A stretch of 63,920 nucleotides of DNA, filler included, from Welwitschia mirabilis (GCA_051453625.1; 9 parts of one record of this genome joined end to end with filler, not necessarily neighbours in it); one strand, 5' to 3'. Shown: positions 11,860 through 26,107, counted from the whole stretch's first letter. Notes: generated by a model from the letters alone, not told the origin. A program made the numbers and translations.

Positions 11860-13735
11860 CACTACCTTTGTAAGTTAATGGCATTACCTACACAAATCTT
11901 ATGATACCTTCTATAGGTCTTAAGATTGATTCAATCAGAAACATAAAGCCCTCTTTTATTGTAAACTACTAACATGGCCTATATGAGCATTGAGGTGTGT
12001 TTTGTAAGTTCTAAAGATTATCTAGTTAGAACCTTGATGGGCCCTTATGTTGTAAGCTATCTCTTTTACCTACATGATAATCAAGGTACTTTCTATAAGT
12101 CCTAGGATTAATTTAGTCAGAATACTCACATTTCCTTCTATTGCAAACTACTAACATGACTTGCATAAGTATGGAGGTATATTATATGGATTCTAGAGGG
12201 ATCTAGTCAGAACCTTCACACCTCCTTATGTTGTAAACTACTTCTTTAACCTACACAATAATTAAGGTACATTCTATAAATTTAGGAATGATCCATTTAG
12301 AACCCTAATACTTCCTTTTGTTGCAAACTATTGACATAACTTACATGAGCATCAAGATGTATTCTATAGTTTGTAAGAGTAATCTTGTTAAAATCCTAAT
12401 GTCTTCTTATGTTGTAAACTACCTTTTTAACTTGCATGAAAATTGAAATATCTCCTATGAGTCTTAGGGCTGAGCTAGTTTAAATTTTGACACCCCTTTA
12501 TATTGTAAGTTATTGGCATAACTCACATGAGTATTGAAGAGTGTTTTATGAATTCTAAGGGTGATCCACTCAAAATATGAATGCATCCTTATGTTTTAAA
12601 CTACTTATTTGACCTACATGATTAGAACCTTGATATTTTCTTTAATTGTAAATTGCTGACATAATCTATATGAGCATCGAGGTGTGTTTTATGGGTCTTA
12701 AGAGTAATCTAATTAGAAACTTGATGCTCTCTTATGTTGTAAACTACTCTTTGATCTTCATAATAATCAAGGTACCTTTTGTGGCTCTTAGGGTTGATCC
12801 AATTAGAATACTAGTACTTCCTTCTATTATAAACGACTGACATAACCTACACAAGCATTAAGATATCTTCTACAAGTTTTATGACTAATTCAACTATAAG
12901 CTTTCTATCATCTTATGTTGTAAACTACTTGTTTAAACTACATAATAATTGAAGTATCTTTTGTAGATCTTAGTACTCATCCACTTAGAATCCTAGCATC
13001 TCCTTCTTTTATAAACCATTAACATGAACTACATAAGCATTAAGCGGTGTTATTTGGGTTCTAGAAGTGACCCAGTCAGAATCCTAACAACCTCTTATGT
13101 TGTAAACAACCTCTTTACCTTGCATGATAATTGAGGTATCTTTTGGGAATCTTAGGGATGGTCCAATTATAACCTTGACATCTTCTCATTTTATAAACTA
13201 ATTCTTTTACATGGACAATTACTAAGGTGGTTTTTGCAGGTTCTAGAAGTGTTCTAATCATAATCCTGACATCTTCTTATATTGCAAACTGATCCCTTTA
13301 TGTGGATGATTGCCAATATGGATTCTGTAAGTCTTATAAGTGGTTTATCATAACCTTGATATCCCCTTATGTTACAAATATATGAAATTACATTATTATC
13401 AAAGTAACTTCTATGTATTCTAGGGGTGATTCCATTAGAATCCTAGCATTTGCTTATGTTACAAACTAATTTTTCTACTTGCATGGTTATCAAGGTGTTT
13501 TTTGTGGACCATATAAATTATTTAGTCAGAACCTTAACACCCCCTTATTTTATAGACTAATGCATTAGGTCTCTTGACTAATGAGATGACTTTTGTGGGA
13601 CATGTAAACTATTCAGTCGAAATTGTGGCATCCACTCATGTTTTAAACTAATGCATTTAATCTCTAAGTGATGAAGTGGCTTCCATGAATTATAGGGGCT
13701 TTTTAATCAGAACATTAATACCCCCTTATAATCTA
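11860..13735. repeat. Tandem array of ~21 diverged 91-bp units with alternating A/B (182-bp) structure
   Basis: The anchor T(G/A)(T/C)AAAC recurs at 11869, 11960, 12051, 12142, 12232, 12322, 12413, 12504, 12595, 12647 (deleted unit), 12738, 12828, 12919, 13010, 13101, 13192, 13283, 13373, 13460, 13551 and 13642. Confidence 0.92.
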
Positions 13736-14200
13736 GAATAAGCTAATAAAGACATACCTTTACTATTTTGTCCATAACTTTTACATACAGAATCAAAATA
13801 GTTATTATAACCCCATTTTGGAAATCTTACAAAGAATTCAATAGCAAGAAAAAATGTGAGACTTGCTTTGATTGAAAATTTTCTTCAAATTACATCCAAA
13901 AATTACTTAAAATTGTTTTGGTTATAACTTTCTCATATGAAATCCATTTTATTTTATTATTATTTTTTTTGATTCTATACCTTTCTATTTTTATGTTCTT
14001 TAATCTTGTATGAGAGTATTCTTGTTACTACACTAAGTTTTGTCTAGTTTATATAAAACAATTAAAAAAAATTACATTTTTTTCTATAGTAAGTTTAGGG
14101 TGGACATGGCTTATTTAGCTTCCTTGAACATAAGAAATGAACCTATAACAATAGGATTAAAAATAAAAAATAAAAAATAATGTAGATTTCATATATATAA

Positions 14201-17200
14201 TGTAACACCCTAATTTTAATTACCTTAATTAAGCATAATTTTTTTAAAAACATTATTAACTAACATGCATAATGGAACTTAGGATTAATTCCTACTTAGA
14301 ACCTATTAAAACATTATGATTTAAAACAATTATATAATATAATTACTCTTTAATTATAAATATTTTTGTTTGTCATACAATAACAATGTCAAAAATTGTA
14401 TTTTATATTTATTCCTAAAAATTGTATTTTATATTTATTCCTAACTTTTGTTTTCACCACACAAAGATGTCTTGTATAAAATAGATGGGATATTAACTTG
14501 TTTTATCATATATATAAATAAGTTTAGGATAGTGCCTAACCAATATAATATGAGGTTGCAAATTCCATTAATGGTATTTCAACTTGATATCTAACCACCT
14601 TCTCAATGTAAGTTGGTTCTACTTTAGTTTCTATACTATATAAAGATGGCCAGGCTAAACTCCATAGGCTTAGACTTCATCTTGATATATGCCTAATACA
14701 AGTGTCAGGTGGTATATGAGGTGGATGCATACTTATAAATGACCATTGCTTTGTTGAAGCATCTCAAGATAATGCAACATAATCCTTTAATACCAAAGGC
14801 TTAGGATATCAAATCAAGGTAGGTTCATACATGGGTATGGCATGACAGTGGTGATTAAATCCACTTCTAGAAGGGTTTATAAATAAAAGTACAATACAAT
14901 CCATCTTGGTGATGAAATCCAAGTATGGGAATGAATAATTATTAATGTTATCTTGATTTAATTGAATATATACACCCTACAAATCTAATTATACAATTAT
15001 ATGGATATTTAATGGATTTTTTACCTTGTAAAAATAATTATAATCATCATTGGGTCTATTTTATGAAAAAATCATATAAAAGAAAAAAAAAAGTGTATAA
15101 GCATCATTTTGATTTTAAATTTTAAAAAAAATACAATTTTAAAGCATAATAGTGAAAAAAAATGAAAGAAACATCCCTTTCTTTTTCTACATTATAGCAA
15201 TTCTTTTCAAATAAGACATATTAATACATCCAAGTTCTATTATATAAAGATGCTTTATTTATGGGGCTCAGCCAACTTCGAAACCTAATTTATAAATTTT
15301 GTATATTTATATCAAAATAAATTTAAATAATATATATACATATATATTAATAAAGAGAAAACATTAATAAAGTTAAGTAATTAGGATACACATCTCTAAA
15401 ATTATTAAGTAGACAAACCTAATGTTTATGTTTGAAATGTAAGATTAAGGGCTTAAATATTAATAAATAGTATATAAAATAATTAAAAACAAATTTACAT
15501 TAAGTAAAAATCATATATAGTATTTAAAGCAATTGGATACTTACATGAAATTATTTCATATAATTATTAAAATTATTTACAAAGTTTCCTATCTTTTAAA
15601 ACACATTAACTATTTAAAAATGTTAAAATAAATTAGACTTATTTTTCATAAACTAAGATTATCATATTATCCTTAAAAATTAATTTTATTAAATCTAAAT
15701 TAGTACAGATACATTTCACAAGGTTAAACTTTAACTATAAAGACTACCTAAGTTTTAGAGTTGCTAAAATAATACCCTTTATTAAAATGGCTATAACTTT
15801 TAATATACTTAGAGTTTTTAAATGACTAAATACTTTTTAGAAATATTATTGATTTCTTTATAGGTTATACTATTTAATTTATATTAAAAACATTTTATTA
15901 TATTTAAAACCTAAGACATTTTGCTTGTATTTTTTAAATTATTTCTATAAAATAAATTTTAAAAATTATTTTACTTTCAGAAAAATTACTATTTTAAAAA
16001 ATTTTAAATTCTTAATAGAATTATGAACCTACATAAAAACTTTCATAAAGGTGTACTTAGTATTTAATGAGTTATGACTTTGTTAATTTATGCTTCACTT
16101 TTGGAAGAAAGTAACTTCAACTAAACTAAGGACAAGAGAACTCATACTCATTTATATAAATAAAAATAAATAAGTTAACTCAAACATGATAACAAAAATT
16201 AATATTCAAAGTTATTAAAAAAATAAGTATAAGTAATATAGACTAAACTTATAATAATAATGTATTAAATACGAAGAGACTTAGGATTTTCTAAGAAGGA
16301 GCACCTAGACTAAATAGATTTTTGAGGATTAGAATCATTCACCCTAATAAGAAATCCAATGCTATTCTAATGTAAAACTCATTTCAATAATAAGATAATG
16401 TAAATAAAATATTAATATCCAAAAATCATAGCGAATCCCCTAGTCACCTGGCTAAAATATCTATTAGACATATAAAAGCTAAGCATGTTAAAAGGTCCTT
16501 CAACTCTATCTCTCATCTTAGTCTATGCTAATGGAAAAGAAAATATCCATTGATTACCTCATTAACTAAGCATATAAATCCCTTAAATCTATCTCTTATT
16601 TTAGTAACAGCTAATGGAAGGAATAGCATTAATACTATATTGATACTATCATCATCTGCATAGGCCTAATGTAAGAAATTGAAATAAAAGTCTTATGAAA
16701 GAAAAACGTCCTTGGAAGGAAAAAGATTAATGATTATTAAATAAGATTGATAAAGTATTAAGCTCTAAGATTTTAATTCTAATCTTATAAGCTCTAAGAT
16801 CTTATCTTCAAGATCCAAGTTCCAAGATCTAACTTAACACTCAAGAGGATAAATGATTAAGAAGAAATTTTAATAGAATAAACTTGCTTGAAAAATACTT
16901 TTTTAAGAAGAAAGAAGAGGGATTTATTTATAGATACATAGTGTAATAAAGGTTCTTTATATAATTAGATAAAGACCACCCATATCATCTTACACACAAA
17001 GTAAAGAAANNNNNNNNNNNNNNNNNNNNNNNNNNNNNNNNNNNNNNNNNNNNNNNNNNNNNNNNNNNNNNNNNNNNNNNNNNNNNNNNNNNNNNNNNNN
17101 NNNNNNNNNNNNNNNNNNNNNNNNNNNNNNNNNNNNNNNNNNNNNNNNNNNNNNNNNNNNNNNNNNNNNNNNNNNNNNNNNNNNNNNNNNNNNNNNNNNN

Positions 17201-18706
17201 NNNNNNNNNNNNNNNNNNNAACAAAATGAATCTTATTTATGACTCATGTACCCAATTTGAGTGAGTAATTTTCTTACTTTAATTAGCAAGATTAATTATG
17301 TGAATCATCTCCTCATGCTAGTTTCTTCTTAATCCTTTATAGTTCTATAATTTATTTATAACATATTTAAAATGCATTATAAGAACAAATGCATCAATTT
17401 CATAATTCCCATCTGACACAACAAGATAAATAATATTTTATGCATAAAGTATTTTTACAAATATTAATAAGGATAAAATTCATGATAGAATAAATTTCAC
17501 TCATTTATTCTTTTTAGTTTATGAATAATAATGTATGTTCTTATTCACATATTTGTACTTTTTATGATCCATTACATCAACAACATAAATCATAAGAAAG
17601 AAATGTTGTAATTGAATGTAAGAAAAATGTCATAATTGAATATAGTAAAATTTAATAATTAAATTTAAGAAATCATCATAGTTGAACATAGTACTCTTAA
17701 CTTACTTATTATTCTTTCATTTTTACTAAGCAATTTTAGTTTTTTCTTTATTTTTAGATTTGAATAAGAAACATGGATAAATGATTAAAATAAAGATGTC
17801 ACATGCCATGTTTGTAGACATTTGATTATTATTTTATACCTTTACATAAATTTTTTTAATTTAACGATTTAACCATGTAAATGACTTATTTAATCATAAA
17901 TATAGTGGATAAATATGTTGGATATTTCTTGGGTGAATATCAAAACTAGTTCCACTAAGATTCGTAGTTTCATCAAGGAGCATGTCTTAATAAAATTATA
18001 GAAAAATGTATAAGAAAAGAAGAAGTTTTATTTTAAGCAGATTCACCATAATTAGTTTGATTTACTAGCTCACTATCTTATAACAAAAATTCCAATGAAG
18101 ACACACAACCTTATTAGCAAGGTTTGATTAAGTTTAAGTTATCTCCGAATTGAAAGTGAAAGATTGAATAACATGCCTAAAGAAGGGTGAACATGTAGAT
18201 TATGTAATTTAGAAGTTCTTAAAGATGAAGAACATGTTTTACTTTCTTGTGGTGCTACAAAACCTATTAAAAAAAATTTAATATCACTATAAGAAATATT
18301 TTTAGTTATTCATGTTATATTAAGTGGTTACTGACTACTTTATTGAACTTATCTTTTTATTCCATGACATGATCATTTCCTTTATCCAATAAATCCTTTG
18401 GGTATTTGGACCTAATAAAATTTTAGTTTCAATTTTAATTTTATAATTATCATTATTATTTATCATAATAAAATTATTTGAAACTAAGATTAATTAAATT
18501 ACCTTATGAGTACCTCTTATTCAAAATATATCTTTAGCATAAGAAATATAATACAATTAATTATAAAGCTCTACATTGATTCTTATTAAATTAAAAAAAG
18601 GATTTCCATTAAAAATTGATATCAAAATATAATACATAATTTATAAACTCTCATAATCATATCATTACATTTACTAATTAAAGATTATAAAATGTGGAAT
18701 ATAACA
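14201..18706 (-). repeat. 3' LTR of element C
   Basis: TGTAACACCC...GGAATATAACA, colinear with 26108-31045. TATA-like CTATAAATA on the minus strand near 16925-16933. Confidence 0.9.
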
Positions 18707-18759
18707 TACTTTTCCACTTAAAAATGATTTATTATGGAAATGAAAGTACATAATGATTT

Positions 18760-21700
18760 GAGAGTCTAAGATTACATGTTATGGGATTCAAGAAGGCTTG
18801 GGTTTTGGTTTTTTATTGATTCTTCTAGCTTTCAAATAGCTTTATCAAGACTATAATTACTCCATTTTATCTTTACTTAAAGGATCTCCTTATTTTGCAA
18901 AATAATATATCGTTATTCCAACATTGCTTCTAGATCCTCTATAGTTGAACAATCAGGTTTCACCTAAATATAAGATCAATTTGACACATAAAAAGAATCT
19001 AAAATATACTTTCTTAGTATATTAACATTAAAAACATTATGCATGTGTGATAATAAGGGAGGTAGATCAAGTTTTTTTGCAATAGTTCTAACATGTTTTA
19101 ATATCTGAAATGGTTTAACAAATCTAAGAGCTAATTTTAATCTCTTAACTCCTCTCATAACCAATTTCATTAGTGATATCTTAAGGAAGACAAGATCACC
19201 TATTTGTAATTTAAGGTCTCTTTTTTGATGATCTACATACATCTTTTTCCTATCTATTACTTTATTTAATCTATTCTTAATTGTTNNNNNNNNNNNNNNN
19301 NNNNNNNNNNNNNNNNNNNNNNNNNNNNNNNNNNNNNNNNNNNNNNNNNNNNNNNNNNNNNNNNNNNNNNNNNNNNNNNNNNNNNTGTAATTTAAGGTAT
19401 CTTTTTTGATGATCTACATACATCTTTTTCCTATCTATTACTTTCTTTAATATATTCCTAATTGTTCTCACCTTATTTTTTATTCTTATAACATTTCTAG
19501 TTTCATCATTAATTTTTCCTTGGTTTCTATTCATGTAGTGGGTGCTCTGCATTTCCTGCCATATAAAGCTTCAAATGGAGTCATTTGAATAGAACTTTAA
19601 TAACTATTATTATATGTAAATTTCTATGATGTAGGTATTCTTCTNNNNNNNNNNNNNNNNNNNNNNNNNNNNNNNNNNNNNNNNNNNNNNNNNNNNNNNN
19701 NNNNNNNNNNNNNNNNNNNNNNNNNNNNNNNNNNNNNNNNNNNNTATTTTTTATTCTTATAACATTTCTAGTTTCATCACTAATTTTTCCTTGGTTTCTA
19801 TTCATGTAGTGGGTGCTCTGCATTTCTTGCCATATAAAACTTCAAATGGAGTCATTTGAATAGAACTTTAATAACTATTATTATATGTAAATTTCTATGA
19901 TGTAGGTATTCTTCTAAACTCTTAGGCTTATCAAAATCAAATGCTCTAAGAAGATCTTCTAGGATTTGATCGACTCTTTTTTCCTGACTATCTATTTGAG
20001 GNNNNNNNNNNNNNNNNNNNNNNNNNNNNNNNNNNNNNCTCAATTGTATTTCTTACCAAAATTTAGATGTAAATTTTGAATATCTACAAGAAATAATTGC
20101 TAAGGGTATACTATTCAAATAAATAACGTTCTAGATGTACACTTTAGCTATACCTTTAGCACTATAAGTAGACTTTACTGGAATGAAGTATGATAGCTTA
20201 GTTGCTTTATCAATTAAAACCATATTGAGTCATTAAATCTTGGAGATCTTGGTAGACCTAATATAAAATTTATANNNNNNNNNNNNNNNNNNNNNNNNNN
20301 NNNNNNNNNNNNNNNNNNNNNNNNNNNNNNNNNNNNNNNNNNNNNNNNNNNNNNNNNNNNNNNNNNNNNNNNNNTAGCCCTAATATAAAATTTATATAAA
20401 TAATATCTCATTTATATTTTGAAACATGACGAGGATAGAGTATTCTTTTTAAATTCTTATATTATGCTTTAACTTGTTAATAATTTAGTTACTTTGGTAC
20501 AAGTTCTATTATATCCTTTTTCATCCTTGGCCACTAAAAATTTTACTTCATGTTTTAATACATTTTTACTCCTCTAAGATGACCTGATATTGGTGGATTA
20601 TGAAATTAAAACATTAGGATTTATTTTATATCATCTACACTAAAAACCAAGAATATTTCTTTGAATTTAATAATACCTTTTGAACTAATACTAAATCCTT
20701 TAGATCGTATTGATTTTTCTAATTAATCTTTTAATTTTTAATAATTTTCATTTTTATTTTTATCCTTTATAATAATAGTAGGTATTCGAGTTTGAATTTT
20801 TATAATTCTTTTAAGATAACCATGTGTATTAAGAGCATCTCCAACTTTATTTTCTTTTGCCTTTATGTTATAAAATTTTAAGATCAAAATCACATAAAAA
20901 TTTCATCTATTTTCTTTGCCTAAGATTCAAGTTTTATTAAGTGAAAATGTACTTTAAAATCTTATTATTAGTTGAAAGTTAAAATTTAATACCATAGAGA
21001 TAATTTTTCCTTAACTTTAAAGAACATATTACTGGATCTAATTCAAGATTACGAATAGGTTAGTTTCTCTAATGTGTCTTTAAGTTGCCTTATTTCATAG
21101 GTTATCACTCTTTTGTCTTGTTTAAAAATATATCTAAGACATTCTCCTAATGCATTTGTGTAAACTAAAAAAGGTATTAGAATCATCTCATATTTCTAAA
21201 ACTAAAGCATTAATTAAACACTTCTTAAGATAACCAAAGGACTATTGATTTTTTTTCTCCACTAAAAATCTAAATTGGTCCTTAAACGACTTGTTAGGAT
21301 AAAAGATAATAGGATCAAGAACCAGCAGGGGGCGAGGAGAAAGGGGGGGAGGGGAGAATGAGTAGGTTCTTTTAAAAATTTAATAAATAATATGAGATTA
21401 ATCAATCTAAAAATAACTTGCATTAAATAGATTATCCTGTGAAGTGAATAATAAGTTAAAGTACTAAAAGTAAAGAATAAAAAAAAAATAAAAGCACAAA
21501 CTATCTCTTTGATGCAAGCTAGATTTATAGTGGTTTGAGAAACTCCTCTACTTCACTCTCGACGATCAGCTTCTTCCAAGATAGATCTCAGATCTCTGTT
21601 ATGCCACCAGGTATTTTAGGTTCACCTGTAACCTTTACAAGTGGACTTTTTCAGGCTAAGTCTTAACCTTTAGATGGACTTTTCAAGGCTTAGTCTCAAC

Positions 21701-24700
21701 CTATAGAAAATAATTAATGATGTAGTGATGCCTTAATAGCATAGATATCACTCATTCTGAAAATAGTACAATAGATGGATCTCTTCTCTTACAGAAATAT
21801 ACCACTAAAGCTCTAGATATGACTTTGAATGAAGCACATATGCTAATAAAAGATCTCCTCAAGTCAGATATGTAAAAGCCAAGATACAATAATGTTAATG
21901 CACAACTTGATCCTTTAGATCCAAATGATTTTTACTGAATGAGAATAGTTCCAAAAGATATTATTAGTAATCCATGGTTTAGTTATTTATAATGAAAGGC
22001 TGGTAGTATTTATTACATTTGAATTAAGCCTTAAACAGCTATAAATAGCTAGAAAACATCTACCTAATGGCTATGTTATAGATACATAGGTCACCCAAGA
22101 GAAAGATTAGTTGTCCTAGGTTTATACATCTCTATGTCTAGTCAATCTCATCTAGATCCAATTGACCCTAGTCCGGTTGACCCCATCTTGGATCTAGTCG
22201 ACCCCTTTTCTCTTAGTCTAGGAATACTATTTGTCAAGTCCTCAAATCTAGTCGACCCCATGAAAATCTAGTTGACCCATTGCCATTTGGTTTAGGGACT
22301 CTAGTTCTCTAATTTATAGGTCTAGTCGATCCCATCAGAATCTGGTTGACCCCTTGAGAGGGTGATATAATTAAATAGGTTGTTGGTGCATTTTTTTTTC
22401 ATCTTTCAACCTAAAAAAACCTTAATATCTTCTACACAAAATATAAAACATTGGCTATACAAAATACATTAGTTTGACATCAATTAGAAAAACATAATCT
22501 AATATCTCGAAGAAGTTTAAGATGAATTGATAATAGTATAAGACCAAGGAATCTTTTAACTTCATTTATATTTATGAGTGCTGGCCATTTCATAATTACC
22601 TTAACTTTATTTAGATCAACTAAAATATCCTTCATAGATGCTACATAGTCCATGAATTAAATGGATTGATTTTAGAAAGAACATATTTCTATGTTAGCAT
22701 ATAGTCGATGATTTCATAGAGTGTGTAAGACTATTCTCAAGTAAACATAATTAAAAGAAATCAAGATATGCCTAGAAGATATGATTAATAGGGCCAATGA
22801 ATATTATAGGTACATTAGTTAAATCAAAAGACATGATAAGAATTCATAATACCCATGGTAATTTATAAAACATGTTTTATGAATATCTTCTTCCTTAATT
22901 TGAAATTGATGATATCCTGATTTTAAATAAACATTGGAAAATACCTTATCTTCTTTGAGTTGGTCAAAATAATCATCTATTCTTAGTAAGGAATACTTGT
23001 TCTTAATTTTAACTTTGTTTAGTCATTTGTAATCAATACATAATATAACTGTTCCATTCTTTTGATTTACAAATAAGACTGATGCATTCTATAATCCTTT
23101 TATCTAAGTTATTCAAGATGAATTTTTAATACTTTTTTTTCTGTATAATACATTCTATATGATGCTTTAGAAATAGGCTGAGTCCTTAGAATCAAATCAA
23201 TATCAAAATCAACTTCTCGAATAGTTGGCATTCTTAGTAATTCTATTATAAGTACAATAAGATAATCTTGGATTATCAATATATTTTCCATTAAATTTTG
23301 TTTTTCCTTTATTTTAGTTGATTTTAGACAAATCATATAGAGTAATGATTCCTTCTTAATTTCCCTCTTTATGTACTTGATTTTAATCAAGTTATTCATA
23401 GCTAATTTGGATTAACATTAAAAGGTTATTATTTGACCATGATTTTTCATCTTGACTTGATGCTTCTTACAATTTTATAAATGCCTTATTTTGCATTACT
23501 TAATTCATGCCCTAAAAAAATATTATGTTTTTCTAGATTAATAAGAATCAATTAAATTTGGAAATCTCCCCTAGTTATAGATAAAGTCTAATTTTTCATC
23601 TATTAATTAACTATAGTTATGAATTCATTTGTAAGCTCTATGCATCCCTCAATTGGACTATAACATATATTTTCTCTTGGAATAACTATAAGAGATATAA
23701 AGAAATGAGTTACTCTATAATCAAATAAAAAAATTATTTAAATAGTATTAAGTAAATATTTACGTTTTATGATTGAGCTTTGAAATTATACCATTTAATT
23801 ATCTATTGTTACTTGATGTTATTTAATTAATTATTGAATGGTGTATGATCCTTGAGAATTCTTTGAATGTTATCTTGACTGGCTCTTAGTAAGTAATGGA
23901 TATTCTTTAATCTTGTGGTTTTCTTTATAATTAAAGCATTAAAATCCATTATTAGATTAATCTTGATAATAACTTTGGATAAGAATTTGCTTAAAATTAG
24001 ATCTTTATGGCTGATTTCTCATATGAATATAACTAGAAACATTATAATTCCTCTTAAATGATGCATATTTGTTTGGGTTGAAATTCCTAGTATTACCATT
24101 ATTACTACTAACATTATTCCTATTGAAATTCCAATTCTTATTCTGATGAACTAGGTAGAACCTAGAGAAATTTATTTCTTATTTTTTTGTATTATTTTCT
24201 AATTTGTTTTTGCTATTTTTTCTTTCTTTATAGCCTCAACTAAAGTTATATCTTAAAACATATCTACTTTAATAGCAACAGAAGGAAGAAGCCTATCAAT
24301 AAAACTATTTGCTTTTGCATATTTATCAAGATTCTCAAACTATACCCTTGAAAGTTCCACCTTATGTAACTTTTCCATTTCTATTTTACTCCATAAGTTA
24401 GCTTTTCCTTGTAACATATAGATAACTAAAGAAGCCTTTTCATATTCTCACATCCTAAAGTGCCTATAACCTTTTCAACATCACTTAGTAATGTTTCCAC
24501 TTTTGATGGATTTGGACCTCATATAAATTTTGGTGGAATTTACTTAATAAATGTTTGAATTAACTTCCTCATACTCACATCCTTATTAGGTTGATTAATA
24601 CCATTGTTCATTTATGGGTTTTGACTTTGATTTACTATTTATGATAGAAAATACATGAATGCACTCATTAATGCTTTTGAGTTAAGAGAGACAGGAGGTT

Positions 24701-24800
24701 GATTTTCATCATGATGTTACTAATTAGTCCTTAAGTTATCTTGATGTTGAGTAGTTAATGTAATTGAATTGGCATTAATACTTGATTCACAATAGTGAGC
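18760..24800 (-). pseudogene. Decayed gypsy gag-pol of element C, interrupted by a solo LTR
   Basis: Integrase fragments MYVDHQKRDLKLQIGDLVFLKIS...HMHNVFNVNILRKY (18976-19242), PQIDSQEKRVDQILEDLLRA and INFILGLPRSPRFNDSIW. RT N-terminus REVDFDIDLILRTQPISKASYRM (23109-23399). Many stops and frameshifts. Confidence 0.9.
21307..22504 (-). mobile_element. Sirevirus-like (Ty1/copia) solo LTR inserted between RT and RNase H of element C
   Basis: It interrupts the ...FLGL..YY.FI.NF/..LTSRLR...W pol segment. Its terminus resembles the copia LTR end at 59690-59729 (CTATTCA..CC..GATCCTATCA), and it has repeated CTAGTCGACCC motifs. Ends are approximate and no clean TSD is visible. Confidence 0.7.
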
Positions 24801-25299
24801 CATCTAGAAGGAGTGGAAAATATTATTATATTTGATTGAAATTAAGATAAATATTATATTAAAAGTTAAACTTCATATGTTCTTATTAAAGATTATGTTA
24901 TAACTATTAGGTAAGAAATTTAAACTAAATGATCAAGTTAATTCCTCTTCCTTACTCTCAAAGAGATTTTTTCTATTAGACTCATAAGTTCCTAATAGGG
25001 GTTATGATTAGAAATGATGTAGGAGATTATATAATTGGTTATGTAGTTAATATAATTTAGTTAAAGGTCTTTTTTTTTTAAAAAAAAAGGGTTTATATAT
25101 ACTTATGATGCATTTATTTATGTTTTTTCTTAAAATGATCAAGCTATGTAAGATATCATATGCTACTGTGGGTTTTATGCATAAATATCATTATCTATGT
25201 TTATAAGGTAATAAAGTTTATAAAGACATGATATAGTACTAATTATCTAGTTAAGGTTGCTTAGGAACAAGAGTTATACTAGATATAATTAACTAAATC

Positions 25300-26060
25300 A
25301 TTATTTAGAGTTTAAAGATTATCATGAGTATAATCAACTTTATGATTAATTGATCACTGTGATTCTCATAGATGTAATTATTTAGTAACTATAATTATCA
25401 TGAGAATAATTACTACATGGCGATTAAGGTAAGTATAAATGAAATTTAGTTAATTATTTATAGTTATGACAATCATGGATATAATCAAATTCATGATTAT
25501 TTAAGGATTAGGATTATTAGAAATATGATTAATTTCTTTTTTCTTAGGAAATGAGGATTAACTTAGATATAACCAACTTTAAGATAATTCATAAAATAGG
25601 ATTATAATTGTATGATTAATTTCATGATTATTTGGTAATTAAGATAACTATAAGTATAATTAATTCTATAATTATTTATGACTTGGGNNNNNNNNNNNNN
25701 NNNNNNNNNNNNNNNNNNNNNNNNNNNNNNNNNNNNNNNNNNNNNNNNNNNNNNNNNNNNNNNNNNNNNNNNNNNNNNNNNNNNNNNTTTTCTTAGGAAA
25801 TGAGGATTAACTTAGATATAACCAACTTTAAGATGATTCGTAAAATAGGATTATAATTGTATGATTAATTTCATGATTATTTGGTTATTAAGATAACTAT
25901 AAGTATAATTAATTCTATAATTATTTATGACTTGGGATGCTTATGATTGTAATTAATTTTATGGTTACTCTAGGAATAAGAATTATCATGAATATAATTA
26001 ATTTTACTAGTTAATTAGTAATTAAGTTTATAATAGGTATAATTAAATTTATTTTTACAT
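25300..26060. repeat. Degenerate ~43-45-bp AT-rich tandem repeats in the 5' leader of element C
   Basis: TATA/GATTAATTTCATGATTATT-like units recur, e.g. at 25568, 25611 and 25656. Confidence 0.5.
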
Positions 26061-26107
26061 AATTAACAGAGACATGATTTAAGTTAACCTAAGCCCTAAT
26101 ATCATTA

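Noticed and set aside
11860..13735. Array as a coding 30-aa repeat (CQGSDWITP...SLQHK reads on the minus strand) or as a CRISPR-like array
   Set aside because: The unit length is mostly 91 bp, so the frame shifts each unit. Whole units are homologous, with no unique spacers and no cas genes, and the context is eukaryotic.
21292..21306. TGTTAGG at 21292 as the solo-LTR terminus
   Set aside because: This stretch translates as host gypsy pol (LTSRLR) on the minus strand. Homology to the LTR end at 59729 places the terminus near 21307.
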